NCBI RefSeq assembly: GCF_006345805.1
Contig: NW_021836045.1
Span: 1 to 25,487 of the forward strand
DNA: 25,487 bases
Source of the DNA: Octopus sinensis
Taxonomy: Eukaryota
Direction: 5' to 3'
Of the stretch, positions 9,575-19,482 are shown one piece after another (within the stretch, counting starts at the first letter, position 1; the number at the start of each line of letters is the position of its first letter). Made by a program: the position numbers and the translations under genes. The notes under the pieces were generated by a model. It was given only the letters and a program-made list of their open reading frames with translations, did not search any database and was not told the DNA's origin.

Positions 9575-10424
9575 GTTTCATTTTTTGTCATATTCATATC
9601 GACTTCCACTCCATAAACGTTACACAAACACTTGACTGCGCATGCCTAAATGTCTACATTAAAGTATTTTCTAAGCTAAATTCTCTGCTTGATCTACAGG
9701 CTCATTAGGCCCCCAGTATATCTCGGTATCGAACGCATTTCAACACACAAGGATGCAACACAAGATGCCAGTCTGTCGCAATGTTAACCCCTGGTTAATG
9801 CTGGTACTTTTCAGATGAGAGCACTGGAAGTGTCTTTCTCGTGGACACAACTTACCGAAACAATAATCCATACGCCTATATGTGTGTGTGTGCGCGCTTA
9901 CGAACATATCCGTGCGTATGTGTGTGTATTTTTGTATGCATGTACACACACACACACACAATCTTTTATTCTTTTAATCTTTTGCTTATTTAAGGTGAAT
10001 TTCAAAGTCGTTATGCCAATCACATAATCACCTTCCGACATAGGCCAAAAGTAAAGCTACGAAAGTGGCTAAGTTTGGAAGAAAACGAAACACCACATGT
10101 GACTGGATGGGAAGTAATTGAGAATCCATAACTTATGTGAATGGATCGAATAAATATATGCTTTGTTTAGCTGAAAGAATGCATATCCTGTTCAGATCTA
10201 AGATGCTTAATTCTCTATTGGACTCTAAGTCGGGAATTTTCAGTCGTTATCAAGTATAAATATATTTTGAAAAACTGAAAAATTCCGTCTATTCTTGATT
10301 AAAATTATGATATCTTTTTAGCCTTATAATTCAAGGTCTAACGAGGAGAACTCTTAAATGCTGTTTTTACTTTTCCCTTTTCCCATTTTCGTTTTTGTGC
10401 TTTCGCTTTCCGATTTCCGGAACA

Positions 10425-11515
10425 CTGGGCATGCTGTGGAAGACATGCACTGGGGCTGCGGCATCTCCAAACATTCTGCGTAAATGGTGAACAGGTGTGG
10501 TCATCGTTTGTCAAACAGGCTTTTCCACATCTCATCTCCTTGAGTAAGCTGCAGTCGTGGGTCAAGAAGAGACCGAGGAAGGGTTACTGGCATCTGGAAT
10601 GTTGCTAGGCACTCACTGTCCTCTACCAGGTGGGCAATGCGATCAGTGGAAAATCCACTCTGAAGTTCTATGGAGGTTTAGTGGAGGGAAAGTGCGATGA
10701 AGCACCTGGAGAGACGTTAGGCGTTGACAAAATTGAACTAACCAGTCTGTTGAGGAGGACTTTCAAGACGGGGATAATGGATAACTTCTAGAAGTCCCTT
10801 GCTTTGCAGTGCTATCGGGGGGCACTGCCGGATCGAGATAAACTCTACAAGCACGGAAGCGCTGTCTGACCGACCTACCCGAGATATGCGCAGAGCGATG
10901 AAAGCGTTCTGCACGCACTCGTCCAGTGTCCCTGCATTACTGGCTTGTGGAGTTATGTTGAAAAGCTGTTATTAAGTGTAGGGAGTTTCTATCTATCGGC
11001 CGAGTCCGTAGTGAAGATCGATCAGCCGCTTTCCATCAGTCCGGAAGGTCAGGCAATTTACTACTGTCTAATAGCAGGAGCGAATGAGGCTGTTTTTTGG
11101 ACCAGGTTAAAAGGACTAAAGGCAAGGACTTTTCTCTACGGCAAATCACGGGTCAACTTTTTCAAAGTTTCTTTGGAAAGGAAGATGAGGGTGCAGAGTG
11201 AAGTGCTGCCTCCCAGTACATTTGCCAAAAGGTGGATGAACAGAGAAAATGGTACGTGTGAGTGGACCTACTCTAATAACACGCCTTTGGGCTAGTGAAT
11301 TTGAGAGGGAGGAGAGTGCTCTTACCAGATGCCCTCGAAGCGTCGAGTGGTTCAGGATTGGGGTGTGGGTACCTGAGCCAACTCCAGGGGATTACCTGCA
11401 CCTATTACGAACTTTCATTGTTATATTCTCTTGTCGGACATCATTGTTATTCTTTTAACTGTGTACTCGTTGTCTCTGTGTTAAATCCCCACTGTCCATG
11501 TCTACTGTGTCCTGT
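10425..11515 (+). mobile_element. Decayed Tx1/L1-clade LINE fragment (duplicate of 673-1745)
   Basis: Same boundaries and shared inactivating lesions as 673-1745. Confidence 0.85.
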
Positions 11516-11747
11516 TTCTTTACTACCCACAAGGGGCTAAACACAGAGAGGACAAACAAGGACAGACAAACGGATTAAGTTGATTATATCGACCACAGTG
11601 CGTAACTGGTACTCCTTTAATCGACCCCGAAAGGATGAAAGGCAAAGTCGAACTCGGGGGAATTTGAACTCAGAAGGTAACGGCAGAAGAAATACCGCTA
11701 AGCATTTCGCTTGACTTACTGAAGATTCTGCCAGCTCTCACCGCCTT
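11516..11747 (-). mobile_element. tRNA-derived SINE (duplicate of 1747-1980)
   Basis: Near-identical to 1747-1980. Confidence 0.85.
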
Positions 11748-11787
11748 TTCTACTGTATCTTCTCCCATATGCCGGCCCTATTGGCAA

Positions 11788-11820
11788 ATAATAATAATAA
11801 TAATAATAATAATAATTATT

Positions 11821-11852
<32 letters not shown>

Positions 11853-11902
11853 CATTATCATTATTATTATTAATATTATTATTATTATCATTATTATTAT
11901 TA

Positions 11903-11965
<63 letters not shown>
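11788..11965. repeat. (AAT)n followed by (ATT)n trinucleotide array
   Basis: Direct reading; strand switch at ~11815. Confidence 0.95.
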
Positions 11966-12294
11966 GGAATTTTTTTCCGGCTAAACTTTTCACTCACTTC
12001 TCAGTAAAATTGTCATTTAATGCAATCGTTAATGTGATATTCCCTCCAGTTTCATATTAAAGAAAAGATTAGGCAGGGTTGTGTATCTAATTGCATCACA
12101 CACACAGACACACACACACACACTCACAATCGTACACATCAACTCTCCTCCTCTTCTTTCCCCTCTCTCTCTCTTCTATCACTCCCTCTCCCCACTCTCT
12201 CATTTTAACTCTTCCACTTCCACCGCCAATCGTCATAAACTGCTGACTGAAACTTTTCAAATCGAAATAATAAAATTAGAAATACAGATGCCAT

Positions 12295-12296
12295 AT

Positions 12297-12362
<66 letters not shown>

Positions 12363-12380
12363 TATGTGTGTGTGTGTGTG
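12295..12380. repeat. (TA)n/(TG)n microsatellite
   Basis: Direct reading. Confidence 0.9.
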
Positions 12381-12586
12381 AAATAGAAAGATGAATAATC
12401 TTGTAGTAGATTAATCAAAAGTTTAACCGATACCTTAGTAGCAAAAATCACAGCAGTAAACAGCACGGTTGGAGGTACAACCATCTGGCGTTGCAACCGT
12501 GCGTTGGTGCGGATAATTGAAATTAAAACATTATTGGTGAATTGAAGAAATGGAGCTGAACGCAGATTGAACAGAAATCGTTTTAT

Positions 12587-12673
12587 TTCATTCTACACGT
12601 GTTTCGAAAGGCACAAATTACCAAAATCCGATTGAATAATGGGACCATATTGTGTCTTTCTCTTCAGGAAGAA
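12587..12673 (-). ncRNA. Type I hammerhead ribozyme (minus-strand copy)
   Basis: On the minus strand: stem I UUCUUC; core CUGAAGA (12667-12661); stem II GAAAG-A-CACAA / UUGUG-C-CUUUC; GAA; palindromic stem III ACACGUGU (12602-12595); GUA triplet; stem I 3' strand GAA(U)GAA. Confidence 0.8.
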
Positions 12674-13609
12674 AAAAGGAAATCCGTTGGAAAAACAAAA
12701 ACAGAACTGAGGCGGAGCAAAAACAAATCGAACTATGCTCCTAAGAGCCCATGGCGAAACTGTTTATCAGTGTATGTTGAGAACCGGTGGCTGAAGAATT
12801 CAACGGGTCAGGCATCGGTCAATCATGTGGGTGAGGGTGTATAGATGTTCTTTGTGACCGAGAATAAAGTTCTGACTATTTAAGGAATATTGGATGTTTT
12901 ATAAGGGGCGAGAAAAAATCTACTTAGAGACGTGTGTGTGTGTATACTGTTCTATATATGTGTGTGTTGGCGTAGGGGTAGAAAACATTTTTTGTGTACG
13001 TGTGTGCGTTTGATCGTTCGGCTGTCAGTGGCTACTGCCGTGAAAACCGTTGGGTGGCAGAAAGAAAAAAAAATATATATATATTATGTTTTATGTGTGC
13101 GTGTGTTCATCTAAGCCTGCCTTGTCAAGGAAACCCCCCGCTGTGAAAAAACCAAGCCCCGTTTGTCTTACAGGAGTAATTCCCCTTGCAGTGGTTAATC
13201 GTAGATATCTTTTTTTTTCTTTCTGCCACCCAACGGTTTTCACGGCAGTAGCCACTGACAGCCGAACGATCAAACGCACACACGTACACAAAAAATGTTT
13301 TCTACCCCTACGCCAACACACACATATATAGAACAGTATACACACACACACGTCTCTAAGTAGATTTTTTCTCGCCCCTTATAAAACATCCAATATTCCT
13401 TAAATAGTCAGAACTTTATTCTCGGTCACAAAGAACATCTATACACCCTCACCCACATGATTGACCTATGCCTGACCCGTTGAATTCTTCAGCCACCGGT
13501 TCTCAACATACACTGATAAACAGTTTCGCCATGGGCTCTTAGGAGCATAGTTCGATTTGTTTTTGCTCCGCCTCTGTTCTGTTTTTGTTTTTCCAACGGA
13601 TTTCCTTTT

Positions 13610-13694
13610 TTCTTCCTGAAGAGAAAGACAATATGGTCCCATTATTCAATCGGATTTTGGTAATTTGTGCCTTTCGAAACACGTGTAGAATGAA
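13610..13694 (+). ncRNA. Type I hammerhead ribozyme (plus-strand copy)
   Basis: Stem I UUCUUC 13610-13615 / GAA(U)GAA 13688-13694; core CUGAAGA 13616-13622; stem II GAAAG 13623-13627 / CUUUC 13671-13675; GAA 13676-13678; ACACGUGU 13679-13686; predicted cleavage 3' of A13687 (GUA). Confidence 0.8.
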
Positions 13695-13779
13695 ATAAAA
13701 CGATTTCTGTTCAATCTGCGTTCAGCTCCATTTCTTCAATTCACCTATATATATATATATATATGTCTTAGGATGTGGA

Positions 13780-14845
13780 ATGTTCGTATCAGCTAACACG
13801 GACTGTGTCATCATAATACAGTCCACGAAGTGGTGATAGGAGCAATGCTTATCCAAGAGAAGTCAGTGGGCCTGCAAATCGGCAGGTGGAGAGGCAGACC
13901 CATACCAACCGACAGTTTGTAGGGCGTTAGACGGAAAGACAGGTTAAACTGCTTGGGTTCTGGTTTGCTCTTGACCTCGGGGTGGACAACAACGGCTGGG
14001 AGGTGACGAACAGGATAGTCGATCTCACCCAGAAGTTGGCAGAGAGGAAGCTGTTCGTGAATGGTCGAGTCGAAGTGGCGAATGCGTACATCCCTTCCGT
14101 CATCTATGACTGCCTGAATGTAGTCCCATGCCCGATAAAGTTAGAGCGTTTGTTATTCCGCTTTCTAAAGAAGGGACGTGTTCCGCTCATCAGACGGTCC
14201 ATCTGCTGTCAACAACCTCTCAGTGGAGTACTGGACATGCCGTTGCTAATGATTCGCAGACATACGCTGAGACTGCGACATCTCCTGCGTTTCTTTAACG
14301 GTGAGCATGGGGGATTGACTGTTTGTCAAACGGGACTTACCGCAGCTCGTCTCACTGATGAAGCTACAGTACTGAGTGAAGCGTTGGCCAAGAAAGGGCG
14401 CTTGGCACCTGGAGTGTCGGCAAGCTCTCACAGCTTTCTGCCAGTCGGCAACGCGGGCGTTGATAGTTCCACCATGGATTTCTATAGGGGATTAGTAGAG
14501 GGGAAAGAACAACAACGAAATCGGGTAAAATTCTGGGCGTAGGTGGAGGGAATCAACTAACTGGTCTTTAACTTCCAGGAATCCCTGGCCTGGCAGTGCT
14601 ACCTGGGAGCTCTGCCGATTCAAGACAAGCTCTACAGATACGAAAGTGTTGTCGGACGAATATGTCGAGGGTGTGCGCACGGCGATGAAATAGTCCTGCA
14701 TGCACTCATCCGTCCAGTTTACGAGCTGAGTTCATTGTAAAGATCGCCCCGCCACCTTCTTTTGGCCGGGAAGGAAAAGCAGTTTCTTCTGCGCGGTGGC
14801 TAAAGAAGTACAGTGGTGGACGAGACTGAAAACATTGAAGACTAA
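13780..14845 (+). mobile_element. Older decayed Tx1/L1-clade LINE fragment (RT motifs through zf-RVT)
   Basis: VSANTDCVII (degenerate VSAYADD), EKSVGLQIGRWRG, LAERKLFVNGRVEVANAYIPSVIY, SLAWQCYLGALPIQDKLYRY. Homologous to but much more diverged from 4696-5805, with multiple frameshifts. Confidence 0.85.
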
Positions 14846-15589
14846 ACCTCCTTCACAGAAAAATTATGTCATTTAATATTATCATTTAATATTATCATTA
14901 ATATTCACTTCAGTTTTATATTAAAGAAACACTTAGGCATGGTTATGTATCTCATTGCATCACACACAAACACACACACAAACACACACACACACACACA
15001 CATACACACACACACACACACACACATACACATCAGGACATATACACTTGAAGACCCTTCACACCACAAAATCCTCGCCTGTCATCCTTCTTTCGTATAA
15101 AATAATGTTACTTTGTTAACGAAAATTCTTTTCCCATAACTTTAAAGCTGCTAAAACCTTTAATTCCTCTTCAGAATTGTTATAATTTCTCTATCATATA
15201 CTTTATTTCACAAACGTAATTTTCTGAAACGAACTATTGTTAAATGAATTTGTATCATTTGCTTCCAAGTCAATCATTATATATACCATTTAAATTATTA
15301 TCGTTATTGATAACGTGATTTTCTTTAGTGACACTATCGTTAAATGAATCTATCGTCTGCTCACAGGAAATATTTGGCTGCTATTTCTAGCACATCCAGC
15401 TTAAACTTCAGAGATTCTTCACGAAGAGAATGGTGGATGACAATGTGAACACTGGAGGGTCTTACAAAGAATTTAGAAATGTACTTCATTTTAATGTTGA
15501 CTTTAGACGTTGTATTTGGGAAGAGATCGATGATCAATAGGTATCGATTATTTCTTTGATACGAAAGTTTCTTCAGAGTATTACTTCTT

Positions 15590-15900
15590 CTCTGGCCCTC
15601 CACTGTTCATAAGGGCTCTGCAATATGCTTGGTTTCTTTTATTTAATATCTTAACCCGGATGTTTTTCATTTGATTTCTCTTTTTGTATGTCTCCTTTTT
15701 CCAAGCTGAGTTCATTCAATTCTTTTAGTACGTCTTGTGTGGTTGAATTTAGGTTGTGGATATCCGTTTCTGGAGTTCTGCTTTGGTTCTCATTTTGTTG
15801 TTGGTATGTAAGAGGGGAATAAAGTGTTTCTATGTTGATTTGCGTCTATTGTGCCAATTCATGGAAGGCATCAGCAAGGCAATCATTTTTTATCATGGTT
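15590..15900 (-). mobile_element. Highly decayed CR1/L2-like LINE remnant (region N-terminal to RT)
   Basis: Minus-strand fragments IHNLNSTTQDVLKELNEL..K and HP...KETKHIAEPL resemble the CR1 pattern I.IT...V.K.L..L...K..GPD.IHP..LKE....IA.PL. Confidence 0.4.
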
Positions 15901-15959
15901 GAAAGTTTTGGTAAATTCTTCTAATATTTCAGATTTCAATGATTCGACACACACACACA

Positions 15960-15977
15960 CAACTGTGCATAAATGTG

Positions 15978-16070
<93 letters not shown>

Positions 16071-16160
16071 ATATAGATATATAAATGAATATATACGTAT
16101 ATATAATTCTGATAACTGTGTGTGCGTGTTTATATATATATACTTACATATACACACACA
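15960..16160. repeat. (TA)n/(TG)n compound microsatellite
   Basis: Direct reading. Confidence 0.9.
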
Positions 16161-16609
16161 CAGATATCACAATTTGTAAAAAAGTACTTAGATTATTTCA
16201 AGTTAATTTCAGTTCCGGGGATGCAAAGAGTCTCATATAGTTACGCATATACACACACACATACACACACAAAACCCACTACCTCTTCTTTCTCCCACCC
16301 TCCCTCTCTCTTTCTATCACTTTCTTTCCCCTCTCTCATTTACACTCTTCCACTACCAACGCCCATCTTTGAATGCTGACGCAAACTTTTCATATCGCAT
16401 TCATATAATGAGAAATAAAGACGCCAATCTATATCTACATACACACACTCACACACGCACACACACATATATATATATATGCATTATTGTGTGCTTTGTG
16501 TTCCGCTACTTCAATGAAAAAATGTATGGTAAATAAAACAAATGACGCAATATATATATATGCGCATATATATATATATATATAAACATTCACTAACTTT
16601 TACGAACAG

Positions 16610-16628
16610 ATTCGAAATCACTTCTTTG
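16610..16628 (+). other. Candidate 19-nt 5' UTR exon of the LRR gene
   Basis: CACTAAC 16591-16597, CAG acceptor ending 16609, TTG|GTAAGT donor 16629-16634. The signals are conserved in the paralog at 7436-7454. Confidence 0.45.
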
Positions 16629-16896
16629 GTAAGTTACGATTTTCATTATATTATATCGGCCTTCTATTGGCCATTGTCCAGTCTCCTCAACAGCATTAAG
16701 GATGGGATAAAAAGGGTCTCCATCGTTAAGACCTCATTAATTTGTGTCCCGAAATTACCTAAAATGTTATTTATGCTTTTATTTTTACTTCAGTAATTTT
16801 CAGTTAACCCATTAGCATTGGCACTGGCCACGTTGGGCCCAAATATTCTTCCTGTTTTCTGTTGAAACTGAACAGATCAGCCCTTTCACAACCACC

Positions 16897-16915
16897 ATGC
16901 AAAGTTATTCTAAAA
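16897..16915 (+). CDS. Candidate first coding segment (MQSYSK + 1 nt) of exon 16804(or 16794)-16915
   Basis: ACCACCATG context and GTAAGC donor 16916-16921. Phase 1 matches the 20 nt preceding ATG 18698 in the LRRNT exon. Confidence 0.4.
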
Positions 16916-18177
16916 GTAAGCAATCACATAATCAAAATCTCAAAGCTAGAAGATAACGTATGATTAATTGTAAACGATGTAAATAAATAAGTAATTTATC
17001 TGAATGTTGAAAGAGTATCCCCTTCTAGCTGGTACATTAATGAAACAGCAATTCCATCTCAAATTACAAGTGGGGTCTTTTTTAAGGACGCATTTCAGGT
17101 TCGAGAGAGTGGTTAAGAATGTTAGTAGTACAAAAAATCGGGTCGGTATTTTTCTTAGTATTTGAGTTTTGTTAAGTATTGTTTGAGGCCGAGAAGGGTC
17201 AAATGACAGTAGAGGCGGTTGAAATGCAAAAAATTTGAAGAAATTTGTGATGTGTGTTGGTGAGATTTGGGAGGCCGAGAGGAGGATGAAAAAGCGATTG
17301 ATTATAATTTGCTTCGTTTGATTTAGGGCCATTTTTATTTGTTCACTAGCAGTATTACTCACCTCGTGCGCTCGTGCGTTCTATGCATGCGCGAATTAAT
17401 CCAAACTTGGTTTTAAAATCAAGCATTTAATGCCCTCTATTTTTGCGCTTAAGTGTACCATTTCCTCAACAGGAAGTACGTATAAGTGTTTCATAATTTT
17501 TTTTATCAAATAATTGCATTGTTGAATTATTCTTTTAGATCAGTATTTCTCAATGGGGATTTCAGAGGAGAGTTTCAGGGAGTCGCTGGCGATGTATCGT
17601 GATGATCAAAAATCCGGCCTGCTAAAATTTGGTTAGTGATTCAAACTGCAGACTCAACGCAAAATGGTCACATTTAATTCAAAGCGTTAAAAAAGTTATG
17701 AAAACAATTGGTATGAGTTCACAAAGTTCCAACGATTAATACGAAAAAACCCTCCAGGCTACACCCCGAAAATTAATTTCTTTGCCGTATTTCTACAATG
17801 TTTACGGCGATTCGTTTTTATATCTTGATTTGTTTATTTTTCATGCAATTTACGCGTGCTTGCACGCGTGGTGAACACAGTTCACGTCAAACAGCTGACT
17901 GAGTAAAGTTCACTATTCAATGCATGGGATAAGCCCTCAACAAACACATTATCGATTTTTGCACTTGCGAGATGAATTTCGGTACAGAAATAGCGCAGTT
18001 CAATTTTCATTCGCCTAAACTTTAAGTGACCCATTTTTGGTGGTTCTACGATTTGTTGGCTAGATGTCCCGGGAAGTTAAACACACACACACACACACAC
18101 ACACAGATACACAGACAGACACACAAGTTGAGTTTTATATACATAGACTTACGTTCATGCTTTATTCTTGTTTTCAG

Positions 18178-18186
18178 GAAAAAAAA
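18178..18186 (+). CDS. Candidate 9-nt microexon (GAAAAAAAA)
   Basis: Preceded by cttac...tgctttattcttgttttcag and followed immediately by GTAAGT; frame-preserving. Confidence 0.4.
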
Positions 18187-18233
18187 GTAAGTAAAATGAA
18201 ATCATGAAAGTGTATTTGAGGAAAAATTTGTAT

Positions 18234-18336
18234 AAACGCTTCTAAACCTGGGGTACAGGAAAAATTCCTTTGTTACAATACAGTTGCTTGTGGGGTCCCA
18301 TCGGATTTAACGACCCAACCGGGTTTACAACCACTG
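18234..18336. mobile_element. Possible small hAT/Charlie-like MITE remnant
   Basis: Degenerate left end (gcttctaaacctgggg) and right end (gtttacaaccactg, the reverse complement of CAGTGGTTGTAAAC) resemble hAT-Charlie termini. Confidence 0.3.
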
Positions 18337-18697
18337 CGTATTTAGGGTCTACGAAACTCATGGTTCGCTGGTTTTGTAAATATATTAGACCCCACCCCCG
18401 AGTATGGTTACAGATGTGTGTAGGAGTGCGTTTGTGTTTGTGTGTGTGTGTTTGGTGTTTTCTTTGATATTATTACGCGTTAAAGCTATAATATTTTTAT
18501 AAATTTCTTCACACTAATTTATCGAAATTTAATTTTTTAGCTTTAAATATCCAATCATGAAAACAAAAATATATTTGTCATGTAGAACAGGTGTGAATTT
18601 TAGTTCCTTCGGAGAATCTGCAATGTGAAGTTAATAACATTGTAATCTCTGACATTTCCTATTTTCTTCTTTTACAGATAAATCTACGCCTGGCAAT

Positions 18698-18888
18698 ATG
18701 TTTCACCACGTAGTATCATATAGACGGTCTCTTGTGTTGATATTGTGTACGATATTGTTTTTGGAGACTCAAGCTAATTCAGATATATGCAACATATGTA
18801 ATTGCAATTCACTTACAACGAGTGTAAATTGTGCAAATCGCAATTTACAATCAATTCCACAACCAATTCCGACGAATGTTGAATATTT
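18698..18888 (+). CDS. LRR protein exon: signal peptide plus LRR N-terminal cap (LRRNT); exon 18678-18888
   Basis: MFHHVVSYRRSLVLILCTILFLETQA|NSDICNICNCNSLTTSVNCANRNLQSIPQPIPTNVEYL = hydrophobic leader + CxxCxC...VxCxxxxLxxIPxxIPxxxxxL. Acceptor tttcttcttttacag ends 18677; donor TT|GTAAGT 18889 (phase 2). Confidence 0.92.
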
Positions 18889-19345
18889 GTAAGTATTTGA
18901 CACTTTCTACGTATTTTCCACATCCAATATTTTAAATTCTCATTGATATGTTCCCAGCTAATCGCTTATGCTGTTTATCTCACAGCTTTAAGCACAATCT
19001 TATGTTAGAGTAAAACAAATCGATATATTACCTGTTGTGAAGTCAAATAAACTGTTTCTTACCATATTGAATTTATAATATATAACATCTCATACACAGT
19101 GATTGGATCTGACTAGTATCTGACTTTGATGTCATTTGTCTGAACTTATCAAATCTTATGGTATATTCAATGAACGGACAGTGTAAAAACTTTAGTGCTA
19201 AGAAAACGTGTATTCCACATAGTTATATTATATCATTAATTAGTTGAATTGTTGCTTATTATTACAGTAATATGATATAATATCAGTTGATCGTGTCACA
19301 GAATAATTGTTAATTATTGTTTGTGTTAGTTTTATAATAGAATAT

Positions 19346-19482
19346 GCAGCGAGCTATCAGAATCGTTGTGCACGCCAGACAAAATGTTGAGCGGTATTTC
19401 GTTCGTCTTTACGTTTCGATTTTAAATTCTGTCGGGGTTGACTTTGTTTTTCATTCTTTTGAAGTCGGTAAAATAAATAGCA
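19346..19482 (+). mobile_element. Degenerate tRNA-derived SINE in intron
   Basis: gcagcgagctatcagaatcgttgtgcacgcc...gcggtatttcgttcgtctttacgtt...aaattctgtcggggttgactttg matches the reverse complement of the other SINE copies. Confidence 0.75.

Larger units (their letters stand above)
9769..11787. repeat. Segmental duplication block A' (paralog of 15-2025)
   Basis: See block A. Confidence 0.95.
12536..13745. repeat. Large near-perfect inverted repeat: arms 12536-13073 and 13210-13745, 136-bp spacer; probably inverted PLE terminal repeats
   Basis: The arms are reverse complements with three differences found by eye (a 2-nt GT indel near 12652, T/A near 12708, C/A near 12816). Each arm carries a hammerhead motif, a hallmark of PLE terminal repeats. 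Confidence 0.95.
16460..17306. repeat. Duplication block B' (paralog of 7270-8130)
   Basis: See block B. Confidence 0.95.

Noticed and set aside
11716-11997. Poly-I/N/Y ORF
   Set aside because: Translation of the (AAT)/(ATT) array.
12932-13351. Two ORFs with identical N-termini on opposite strands
   Set aside because: A trivial consequence of the inverted repeat; no domain similarity.
16964-17362. 132-aa minus-strand ORF as a gene
   Set aside because: The paralogous sequence in block B has stops and indels in this frame; at most it overlaps a decayed PLE piece.
17345-17400. actagcagta... as a Helitron/Helentron-like terminus, with tandem CTCGTGCG
   Set aside because: No partner terminus or hairpin could be identified.
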